Positions 1 to 10,546 of a DNA stretch of 64,000 bases are shown in pieces (within the stretch, counting starts at the first letter, position 1; each line of letters opens with the position of its first letter). The notes beneath the pieces were generated by a model, which saw only the letters and a program-made list of their open reading frames with translations, had not been told where the DNA came from and searched no databases. This DNA comes from Takakia lepidozioides (lineage: Eukaryota > Plantae > Bryophyta). Where the stretch lies: the NCBI GenBank assembly GCA_030704615.1, contig CM060732.1, positions 10,850,001 through 10,914,000 on the forward strand. The letters run 5' to 3'. Made by a program: the position numbers and the translations under genes.

Positions 1-1033
1 ACAGTTGGTGTGATTTGCAGCAAATGCGCAATCCATAACTTTATAGCGTGGAAGGGGCTATTCCAGCACCTTGAGGGGCCGCCCATGGATGATTACCATG
101 AATTTAGGCGGGGACATGCGGTGGAGATTAAGAGATGGCGAGAGTATTGGTCACCTAACTATGTCTCCATCACTAGAGGCACAAGGGCAACGGCGACACC
201 AACATCTACATAAAATCTCCAACTACAAGCACTAGTAGTGGGATGAGTGGTACATGAGCTAGGAATTCCACTCAAGCTCCTACTGCAGCACCAGCACCCG
301 TGCCTGCCTTTAACCCAGTTGTGGAGTTCTTCGAGGAGTTGAGGAGAAACTACCAAGGGATAAGGACAGAAAAGTTGCGGAGCTTGCAAGAGTTCCAACG
401 AAGGTCTACTGAGAGTTTGAGGGAGGCTTACACCCGCATGAGGCGCTTGATAAACGTAACTCAAGGGGTTACAGAAGCTCAGGCAGTCCAGTTCTGGTAT
501 GGGATCCTGGACAAGGAGCTGAGGAGAAGGGTGCGGGATGCAACTCTCCTACAAGTGGACCCACCCACCTTAGCAAATGTGTTTTTGCTGGCAGAGCGGA
601 TAGAGCTCAATATGGTGGAGGATCGAGTGGTTATGGTGGGATTTGGACAGGAGACACAACGAAGTGGGGCTCCTAGCCAACAACAACCACTATCCCAACG
701 TGTTCAAGGCAACAAGGGGGCTCAGGTGAAGCCGAGGGAAGGATAGAGAGGATCTCAGATGCAGAGGTCTCTTCCTTCATTCTCAGGCCAACAACAGTCA
801 GGTGTGACTTGTTGGGATTGTGGAGGACCCCGTCAAAAAGGATTGTCCGGAGAGAGGCAAAGGGCCGGCACAGACACAGCTAACATAACTACAGTGTGGG
901 CATTGTGGATGGGCATGAGGAGGCCCATTGTTATGGCTTGCATCCTGAGCTACAGCCAAGCCAGTTCCAAGGGAACAATGGTGGCCGAGGACGAGGCAAT
1001 GTAGTCCAGAGAGGTAGAGGAGGTAGAGGGCGG
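1..1033 (+). pseudogene. gag: gag of copy B (capsid-like region, degenerate CCHC knuckles, RGG-rich), disrupted
   Basis: Near-identical to 4993-6080 (WKGLFQHLEGPPMDDYHEF, ESLREAYTRMRRLI, CWDCGGP); contains stops and frameshifts. Confidence 0.85.
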
Positions 1034-1763
1034 TGTCGCGGCCCTTTGCCTTGAGGGAAGGGGGTCGGGACACAAGAGGGGCTGCCCCTGTGGTGGGGGC
1101 AGTGGCGACAATAGATGCGGGGGCTGAAGCACCCTTGAGTGCCCAAGGCACTCAAGGAGGCAGAGGCGCTCACTAGGTGGAGCCCCGCACACCGGGTTGC
1201 GGTGGGGGTGGTTCCACGAGGAGTGGTGGTAGCTTAGTGGGTCTTAGTGGGGGTGGCATAGGACTCACCATGGGGCGGAAAACTTGTGGTGGGAGTCGTG
1301 GGGAGTCTTGGGACTCATCATGGCCCAATGGGGCCGTGGTGGGTGGGCCAAGACTCACCGCGACTCGTCACCGGGAGTCGAGGGTTTTCGTGGTGGTTCG
1401 CCATAAAATGGCAAGGTTGTTTGTAAAACCCCCGCGGACAGTCACAGAAGTATATATAGGGAGTAGTAACCCCGAGAATGGTGCAAGCCCGTTGGTGACC
1501 AAAAGCTAGTGAGTAAGCGTGCGAATCGGAGAGCGACCAAGGTGTGGGGAGCTGTTCCGGACTGCCATCGACCAAAGGGAATTTCCACTTGGCCCAAAAT
1601 TGAGAGAGGGTTCGGATGGAGGATAAAGGGGGACCGTTATGTCCAGTGAGCGCCGACGGAAACTCCGAGTGAAACCGGGCGGCCAGTTTGGGAGTTAGGC
1701 ACGACCGCATCAAAGCGAGTAACATGACTTGAAGGGGAGCTTACAAAATGACGGTGAGCGACA
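1034..1763. mobile_element. Probable solo LTR of an unrelated family inserted in copy B gag
   Basis: Ends TGTCGC…GCGACA (6-bp perfect inverted termini); flanked by GGCGG/GTCGG (5-bp TSD, 1 mismatch); gag RGG reading continues across it. Confidence 0.7.
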
Positions 1764-1814
1764 GTCGGGGTGGAGGTCGTAACCAAAACCAGGAGACCAG
1801 GTCAGGATCAAGGT

Positions 1815-2234
1815 TGTCATGGTTTTAGTCATGGTTATCTAGAATTACCTACTTCTAGTTAACTAGGACATTTTAGATATTTATATTTATATTTTGTGTG
1901 TTGGGACTTCATTTGGTCTCACATGCCAAGTGAGGTGTCGAGCCTCACTTGAGACATGGAGATAGGGTTTCCCCTTGTGAGTGTTGAGGAGGCTCATCTT
2001 CTTGTAGTTGAGCCTCCATGAGCTTCTCTCACCTCCATAGCTCTAGGTATTGAGAGGGAGTGTGTTGAGGGCTTTGTAGGGTGGATTCCTTTAGCAAGGT
2101 GCCCTTGGCTTGACTTAGTTTATGTGATAGAGTGGATTTCACTTGGAAGGACTAGGGCTTGTTCTTCATGTGATTGCTTCATGCTTTGAGAGCTTTCATT
2201 GTCTTCTACTTCTCTCATTTCTCATCTCTTATCA
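1815..2234 (+). repeat. Terminal repeat segment A1 (copies at 12399-12811 and 19228-19596)
   Basis: Direct sequence match tgtcatggttttagtcatgg…catctcttatc; differences from A2 are mostly 1-bp indels. Confidence 0.92.
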
Positions 2235-2246
2235 CTACAAGAAGAT
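2234..2246 (+). promoter_or_regulatory. Putative self-priming primer-binding site (ACTACAAGAAGAT)
   Basis: Immediately 3' of A1; exact reverse complement of 1996-2008; lacks the TGG start of a tRNA-type PBS. Confidence 0.6.
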
Positions 2247-3545
2247 CACCTTATGCTTGTTGTGAGTGCGGAGTGTAAGGATTAGTTTTGCACTTGTATT
2301 TTAAAGAGGTTGAGAGCTAGGAGAATTTAGCTCTTGTATCACAAGGCTTGCAAGGGGTTGCAAGGAAAGGTGCTCGAGTATTGCATGCACCAAGGAGTTG
2401 GAGAGCTTGAGAAGAAAGCTCTTGAGTCACAAGATTTTGCAAGGATTGTAAGGAGGAAGTCTTGTGTGTGTGGAAGCATGGATTCTAGGGTTTGAGAATC
2501 CTTTGTATGCATTATGGAGTCGATGGTGTGCGCCATGGCTTGTGGAGAGTGACTAAAGGCTTGTTAGTGCTCATTTCACTATCAAGCTAGGGTTAAGCAA
2601 GTTCAAAGTGTGGATGTTGTGGAAGAGAAGCCAAGGAGCTATATATGCTTGGGCTTGAAGACAACAAGGGCAAGCACTTGGAGAGCACTAAGAAGCTCAA
2701 GAGGTTTTGAAAGGGAGCATGTGAAGAAATCTTCCAATCATGGTGGTGTGGAGCCAAGCTTAGGGTGCCATTGGAAGGGCTTGGAGAACATGTGGTGGGA
2801 AATCCTTGAAGGGAAATCATCATTCAATGTATGCATAGCTTCACCCTAACTATGTAATGTGACAAGAGGGGGAGGCAATACTTGGCTATTCATGCTCTTG
2901 GTAGTGCGAGCTTTGTGGTGGATAGTTGACCAAGCAAGTGGTGCATGTGTGGAGCATGCTCGCTTGAGTTTGTAAGTTCAAGTTTGAGAAGGGAGCTCTT
3001 GAACTAGCAAGAGGTGAAGGCCTTTGAGATCCATTTGTGTGTGAAGTGGAGAGGTGTTGATTCATGTTATGATGAAGGAGAGCAACACATAGGCCAAGAG
3101 GTCATGAAACATGCATTCAAATGACCACGGGGAGCACATGGATGATGGATTGGTGCAAGACCCCAAATGAGGCATATGGCGTGAGAGTGGGATCCAAGGC
3201 GGATTGCTTGGGAGCATTATTGTAAGTGACAAGCATTGCTCCTACACATTGAGATAATTTGTGTTGATTTGGAGCAATTGTCAAGTGATGAGGAGACAAA
3301 TGCATGATTGCTCGGCAATGGAGATATGGTAGTTTGCAATCAAATCCCAAGGACTAGAAGGGGGATTGATTTGGTGGACAATGACTTGCAAGTTGAGTTG
3401 GACCACTCTTGGTTGCACATTGGGGTGGAAGAGAGCAAGAAGATGCCTCTTATGACCACCTAGAGACCATATTTTTGCTTGAGTAGAAGCATAGAAGTCA
3501 AGGACTTGCATTCTAGCTCTTCATTACAAACCCTAGTAGTGTATG

Positions 3546-3941
3546 CTCAGACTATACCTCTGTTAGTATACCAAACAGGAGCTTGTCCCTTTGACTATAC
3601 CTCTGTTGAGGTATCACCATATGTGAACCCTAATGTGAGACTATACCTCTGTTAGTATACCAAACAGGAGCTTGTCCATTTTACTATACCTCTATTGAGG
3701 TATCACCATATGTGAACCCTAATCAGCTCAGACTATACCTCTGTTAGTATACCAAACAGGAGCTTGTCCCTTTTACTATACCTCTGTTGAGGTATCACCA
3801 TATGTGGACCCTAATCAGCTCAGACTATACCTCTGTTAGTATACCAAACAGAACCCTCATTTTACTATACCTCTGTAAGGTATCAACATAAGGGACCCTA
3901 GCACCTCAGACTATACCTCTGTTAGGTATAACAAACAGGAC
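3546..3941 (+). repeat. Tandem repeat (~90-bp unit, ~4.5 copies, two ACTATACCTCTGTT subunits per unit) in the 5' leader of copy A
   Basis: Repeated gactatacctctgttagtataccaaacaggagcttgtcc…actatacctctgttgaggtatcaccatatgtgaaccctaat. Confidence 0.9.
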
Positions 3942-4786
3942 TTATTTTAAGGCCTTTAGGATTGTTTGGAAGATATTTGAGGGCCCTTGGAATTTGGAGA
4001 CTGGACCTCTGAGGTTTCCAGTGGAGGACTTAGCCTTCGAGGAGCTTTGGTGGACAATGTTGAAGAGCTCTTGAAGGATTGATTGAGGGATATTGAAGGA
4101 TACTTGCCACGGCCATACAAGCGAGATAGAGATAGGAGAGAGGGAGAGTGGGAGAGTGGTGGATGAGAGCATTCTGGGGTTAGGAATTGCTTTAGTTTCT
4201 CTTCTCCATAGTCTTTCACCCTCTCTGTAGGCCAAAACCTTTCCGTAGGTGGAGGCAAGAGTCAGTCCGGGTTTGGGCTGGGGTGTCCTTGCAGGAGCGA
4301 CACTGTGGAGTGTTTTTTGTGTGGGGGAGTTGTTGTCTTGATTTTCTTGTGTTTGGATCCCCTCCACACCTGCATGCTTGACTGTGCGCCATGTTAGCTT
4401 TGTGTGGGCGCTTGTTTTCATAGGAGGTTGGTCCGGATTTGATCACCGGCCAATCCTAGAGTATGCTGTCGGTGGTGAGGCTGGAGTGATGACCAGCAAG
4501 ACCACCAGTGTTTCTTCTATGGTGAGGCTGGGTTGATGACCAGCAGACCATAGGAGTGCTTGCGGTGGATGCAGGTGCAGGTACAGGTCTACGTTAGAAA
4601 CCTATTATTCCTGCTTGAACCAGTAGCCGCAACAGGTTCTTTACCCGGTTACCTTGTAGAAAGTGGGGATTAGAGACAGGTTGACAACCGGTTGGGTTGT
4701 GAGTTTTCATCACGGAGGGTGCCACCAGCTGCTGAGGGAGTGCCGGTACAAGCACCAGCGATACTAGTGGGTACACAAGACAAGGT

Positions 4787-6354
4787 GTGCGGTTTAGGCC
4801 ACTTTCACCTTCAGTGTCTTCTGAGGAAGGTTCAGACTCGGAGTCAGGAGGATTCTCGCCGAGGGTGCAAGTCATTTCCGTGCCATTGTTGTGGGACACG
4901 ATGGAGGAGATGTATGGAGCTACCAAGGGGCCACGTAGGTACTCTGGAGCTGTGGGCACCATCGAGCTTGATGACTTTATACAAGAGTTTGACAGTTGGT
5001 GTGATTTGCAGCAAATGCGCAATCCACAACTGTTTACGCCCTTTATGGCGTGGAAGGGGATAGGGGCTATTCCAGCACCTTGAGGGGCCGCCCATGGATG
5101 ATTACCATGAATTTAGGCGGGGACATGCGGTGGAGATTGAGGAGTGGCGAGAGTATTGGTCACCTAACTATGTCTCAATCACTAGAGGCACAAGGGCAGC
5201 GGTGACAACAGCAGCTACACAAACATCTCCAACTACAAGCACTAGTAGTGGAACAAGTAGTGCCGGCACTTCTGCAGGTGGTACCAGTTCAAAAGTGTGC
5301 TACTACTCCTCCTGCCACAATTACAACACATGTGCCTAGATTCAACCCGGTGGTGGAGTTCTTCCAGGAGTTGCGGAGGAACTACCAAGGTGTACGGACA
5401 GAGAAGCTGCGAAGTTTGCAAGACTTCCAGCGCAAATCCAGTGAGAGCTTGCGAGAGGCCTACACTCGTATGAGGCGCTTGATAAGTGTGACCCAAGGGG
5501 TTACTGAAGCTCAGGCAGTCCAGTTCTGGTATGGAATTTTGGACAAGGAGCTCAAGAGAAGGGTGCGGGATGCAACCCTGTTACAAGCGGCCCAACCACA
5601 TTAGCGGATGTGTTTCTGCTGGCTGAGCGGATTGAGCTCAACATGGTGGAGGAGCGAGTTGTTACCATTGGATTTGGCAAGGACATGCCTGCACGAGGTG
5701 CAGCTGCCAGCCAACAGGTACAAGGGACTGCCCAACAGCGTGGTCAGGGGGGCAAGGTTGCCCAACCCAAGTTCCATGGAGCTTACAGGGGACCTCAGGT
5801 GCAGAGGCCGTGGCCGTGGATCTTTTGCAGGCCAACAGCAACCAGGGGTGATATGTTGGACATGTGGAGGACCCCATGTCAAGAGAGATTGCCCAGAGAG
5901 TGGCAGAAGGCCGGCACAAGCACAGCCTGCACAGTTGCAGTGTGGGCATTGTGGCAAGTATGGGCATGGAGATGCCCAGTGTTATGACTTGCACCCTGAG
6001 TTGCGCCCAGGCCAGTTCCAAGGGAACAATGGTGGCCGGGGGCGAGGTGGACCAGCCCAGAGAGGACGAGGTGGTCGGGCACGAGGTGCAGGCCAAGGGC
6101 AAGCTCAACATGGCCAAGGACGCGGAGGTCAGGGTGTTGACCAAGACATGGCCAACCGGCTTCAGCAGCTAGAGCAGAGGCTCGCTGCCATGGCTACAGC
6201 TCAGGTGGTACCGGCTCCCAGGCGGGATGGTCCACCTCCTGCTCCTGAGGGAGGAGATATGGGAGGCATGGGATTCATGTGCGGAGCAGCACTACCACTA
6301 GTGCAGGTGGAGTCTGCTGCAGCCGTGACTCGAGGAGAGCACACGAGTTCCTGA
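4787..6354 (+). CDS. gag: Gag of copy A (frameshifted in this assembly; start uncertain); two Zn knuckles and an RGG-rich nucleocapsid region
   Basis: ORF pieces 4787, 5094, 5248, 5608; CWTCGGPHVKRDC and CGHCGKYGHGDAQC; RGRGG repeats. Confidence 0.8.
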
Positions 6355-7300
6355 GCCACGAGGTGCAGAGGTGGAGGTGGAATTGGATCCACAGCGTGGG
6401 GAGGCAAGCCGTCAGGCGAGGCTTCCTCAGTCATTCACATTGGCGGAGACAGTGTCGACGCCATCCATGGCACCTAGTTCTCGCCCGACTGTTACCGAGG
6501 CGGAGGTTACTATGCCATTGGGGAGAGCTACACGTGCAGCACTGACACCTGCTACCAAGGCTAGTGCAGCCGGTGTGTTATTGGGGGCAGCCACCTCTGT
6601 GTGTCAAGCCCCACTGTTCTCGGCAACCATGATTGCGACGCCGGGGTGGGTAAGACCAGCTGCAGTGTTCAGACTAGCAGCAACACTCTGCGAGAGTGGG
6701 GAGGTCACTTCATCTTCTGCGGAGTTACTGGAAGGTGTAGTGGCAGAGGGATCCTCGGATTTGAGGGTCAAGACTGCCACGGCTGCGCCATGGCAAGCTG
6801 CAGCTGCCAGGTTGACGGAGCTGCCAGCTAGGCCAGCCTTTGAGCGCGCCATGGTGACACCTGGAGTTGTCTTGTTAGACAACCAGGAGGCATTTTCACT
6901 TTGAGTGGACCGGCAGGCAAGAAGTACCGGCCACTGCGGGTCTTGTTGGACTCAGGAGCTCAGCCACTGATGTTGGGCAGAGCTGCTATTGCAGGTTTGG
7001 GCCTCATGGAGGCGGATATGGAGCCTTGTCCTTTCCAGATACAGACATCTCTGGGAGGATCAGAGCAGGCTCGGGGCATGACACGGCGTGAGTTGGCCAT
7101 TGGACTACAACCAGATCATCCTGTAGATGGCTCAGTGATGCGAGCCAAGGCCATTGTGACAGACGCGGTCTCTTACGATGTCCTTGTTGGTGGGGCAGTG
7201 TTATATCCCATGGGCTTCACCCTGGACTTTGGGAGGAGTCAGCATCCTACAGGCCTGGATGGCAGTCAGGGGATGGTCGTCGTGCACAGCTCCCTGTGAC
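6355..7300 (+). CDS. Gag C-terminal region and aspartic protease of copy A
   Basis: VLLDSGAQPLMLG active-site motif and downstream YDVLVGG motif; continuous in frame with gag in copy B (ORF 12832-13935). Confidence 0.85.
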
Positions 7301-7629
7301 ATTCATTGGGGGTATTGCGGCTGCCCAGCGGGGCAAGATGCCAACACTAGCCGCCTTTACAGCTGCAGTTAGTTGGTGGCCTGGAGAGTTGCTGGAAGGC
7401 AATGCCCATGCAGAGGATGTGCCACCTCCAGCAGAGCAGGATGACATGCATGGTACGGCGGAGTTGCCTGCCATGGTTGCTCACACTCCATTATGGGGTA
7501 CGAGCAAGGATTTGCAGCAGGCTGCTGATGGACGGGTACAACAAGCCTGGGTAGAGCCTTCGTACCGTCAGGAGAAGAGGAGAGTGCGGTGATTGCACCA
7601 GGACCACCTCAGTTGTCGCCATTGGACAC

Positions 7630-8630
7630 CACACCTCTTGTGTGGCAGTGCCCGGATGAAGGCATATGCCTTCTGGACTTGTTTGGCGGGATCAGCACTG
7701 GATTGGCTGCAGTACTGCAGGCAGGTGTACGAGTTCGACGTTACCTGTATGTGGAGAGGGATGAGACTGCACGACGCGTCTCACTGCGCCATGTTGCTCA
7801 GTTGGTACAGCAGTACCCTGATTTGATTTGTTGCCAGTGTCTGCAGTTCGTGGATACCAACAAGCCTTGCCAGCAGACATTTCGTTGCTGGGGGCAGGAT
7901 TTGGAGCGGGTTGGCTCCATTGATCTGGTAGTGGCAGGTTGGCCCTGCCAAGGGCATTCATCAGCCGGGCATGGCAATGGATTGCGAGACTCGAGGACGG
8001 GTCTGTTTTGGGAGATGGTGCGGATTTTGCGCCACTTGCAGCTTCATCAAGCTGTATCTCAGCATACATCTGGAGAATGTGCCACTGATGGGTGATTCTC
8101 GGGCCAGGGTGATGGCCAGTGTGCATCAAGTCCGGTCGTGGCTTGGGTCAGCAGTGTTGCTGGATGCAGCTGCAGTGGGGTCACTGGGCTCATCGTCCAC
8201 GGCTATGGTGGACTAACTTGATGCCACCCGCACTGCTCAAGCGTGCATTTGATGGGGTGCAGCGGCCAGCACACCTCACAGTGGATAGCATTTTGGACAC
8301 AGGGAGGCAGTCTCAACGTGTGAGACACGATGACCGTTCGCCTTTGGCAGTGGTCAACAGGGTGGGTCAACCACGAGCAGCATTACCTACACTGCTCAGC
8401 TTCCCAGGATCCCATGCTTTTCGGGATGGTGGACCTGGCCTCTTGTGGGATAGCCAGTTGCAACAATTAGTGGAGCCCAATGCTGACGAGCGCGAGCGGG
8501 CGATGGGTTTTACCACAGGTACCACGGCGGTGCCATCTCTTTCTGAGGCATCACGTCGTCAGGTGTTGGGGCAAGCAATGGATCTCAATTGCTTGACCTG
8601 GATTATCAGCTTGGCTATGGCTGAGCAGCG
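7630..8630 (+). CDS. DNMT3-like DNA (cytosine-5) methyltransferase domain within the retrotransposon polyprotein
   Basis: Motif I LLDLFGGIST, II YVERD, IV DLVVAGWPCQGHS (catalytic Cys), VI LENV, VIII AHRPRLWWTNL, IX ERERAMGF..GTT, X RRQVLGQAM; split by 1-bp indels. Confidence 0.9.
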
Positions 8631-8913
8631 CAGAGTACGGAGTACACTTCCCTTCATGGTCTCCCTGCCTACCGAGACGGTACAGGCAGCGAGTGGGGGC
8701 GAGCAGGTGAGGACCACGAGGTGCAGGCCGCATCCATGGCACACGTGGGAGGTGCTCGAGGTTCAGAAGGAGTTGGCAGCCAAGGCGGCGGTGATGGATC
8801 AGGTTGGGGATTTTTCTCGGATTGAGGAGGTCCTCAAGGATGGGATGATGGGGCAGGATGAGACATTGTCACTGACAGAGGAGGCAGTGGTCACTGCTCA
8901 AGAGGTTGCAGCA

Positions 8914-8922
8914 TAGCAACCA
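8914..8922 (+). promoter_or_regulatory. Putative stop-codon readthrough signal UAG-CAA-CCA (UAG-CARYYA)
   Basis: Same TAG CAACCA in copy B at 15739-15747; frame after the TAG is open into RT (in frame with ORF 9043). Confidence 0.7.
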
Positions 8923-10546
8923 CGGGACGCGTCTTCTACCTCTAAGCCTGCTGGACTCAAGGTTGCAGTCACGGAGGACAACTGGGAGCCTGATGTTGGA
9001 CCTATAGTCACCGGAGGAGAGAGACGACGTATACGGCGGTTCTTGAGGGCTTACAGGAACTGCTTTGCCTTCAGTTTGAAGGACTTAGGAGCACTGAAGG
9101 GTCAAGAGATTCGCATTGAATTGGCTACTGACACGCCAATCTTTCGGAGACCCTATAGATACAGTGACATGGAGAGGTCCTTGATTCAGATGAGAACTCA
9201 GGACCTTTGGGAGGCTGGTTTGGTGGAGCTATCTGGGGGAGAGTATGCTTCAGCCACAGTGATGCCAGCCAAGAAGGATGTCTTTGGCAATTGGACGAGG
9301 AGAGACGTATGTGCGGTGATTACCGGCCTGTAAATCGTCAGACCAAGTCCGATAGGTATGCCATGCCAACACCAGAGGAGATCTTTGATGCCATTGGGCA
9401 TGCCAAGGTCTTTAGCACTTGGATTTACGATCCGGATATCACCAGTTGCCGATCAAGGAGGGCGGATAGCAAAAGACGGCATTCTGGGGGATCAATGAGC
9501 ACGGGAAGGATTGCCTATACCAGTGGCGGTTCTTACCATTGGGCTTAAGAACGCTCCGGCAGAGTTTCAGAGAGTCATGGACAGGATTCTAGCAGGGGTG
9601 GAGTTTGCTCGGTGCTACATAGATGACATCATCATCTTTAGTGCTACGGTGGAAGAGCATGAGAGACACCTTCAGGGGGTATTTGAGCGCTTGAGGGCGC
9701 ACATTGAAGTTACATCCGGGAAAGTGCAAGTTTTTCCACAACCAGATTGAGTATCTGGGTCACATGATATATCCTGGAGGATTGGGGGTACAGCAGACTA
9801 AGGTAGAGTCCATTGCACAGGTTCCACGCCCCACGGATGTGAGCCGAGTTCGAGCTTTCATGGGGTTAGCAAACTATTATAGACGGTTTGTTAAGGGATT
9901 TAGTGCCATTGCAAAGGCTCTAACCAAGCTGACCAAGGTGGACCAGGAGTGGCAGTGGGAAGATGAGCAAGAACAAGCTTTTCAAGAGCTCAAGGCGAGG
10001 TTGACCTCGGCGCCCATCTTGAGACGACCTATCAGGGGGCGTCCTTTTCAGCTGCATACAGATTGGAGCATGCTGGGGCTTGGAGCGGTGCTCACACAGG
10101 TGGATGATGAGGGAAGAGAGTTCGTAGTGGCTTATGCTAGCCGCTCGAACAACGTTGCAGAGTCTAAGTATAGCTCATATGAGGGAGAATGCTTAGCTGC
10201 AGTGTGGGCCGTGGCACACTTCAGGTGCTATCTATACGGCAATCTCTTCACCCTTGTCACGGATCACCAACCACTCAAGTGGTTGATGGAGTCAGACAAG
10301 CTTACGGGGAAGCTTGCACGGTGGGCACTCATCCTTCAAGAGTATGACTTTCAGGTGGTGCATCGACCGGGTTTGGTCAATCGCAATGCAGATGGGTTGA
10401 GTCGCAATCCATGCACGAGCCAGCAGGATGACACTGGAGCTCGGTGGCATGGTGAGACGGACGAGGAGATGGTGCCCGGATGGCATGCATCTGCATTTCT
10501 GTGTATCTTGGCAGCGGAAGGCCAGTTGGACCTGCAACAGGGATGA
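8917..10546 (+). CDS. pol: Reverse transcriptase and RNase H of copy A (frameshifted in assembly)
   Basis: RRMCGDYRPVN, GLKNAPAEFQRVMD, YIDDII; RNase H LHTDWS, YEGECLA, VTDHQPL, NADGLSR. Confidence 0.95.

Noticed and set aside
2233-3541. Possible CACTA insertion (CACTACAAG… / …CTAGTAGTG flanked by TAT) explaining the short 5' repeat
   Set aside because: The TIR match is only 8/9 with no subterminal repeats. Removing it does not restore repeat B after A1, and the left motif is better explained by the 13-nt complement to the LTR hairpin loop. Not fully excluded.
3546-3941. CRISPR-like appearance of regularly spaced ACTATACCTCTGTT repeats
   Set aside because: The spacers are themselves repeated, the context is eukaryotic and there are no cas genes.
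1034-4700. Short ORFs in the solo LTR and leader (e.g. 1177-1509, 3942-4421)
   Set aside because: No recognisable motifs; consistent with chance ORFs in biased-composition DNA.
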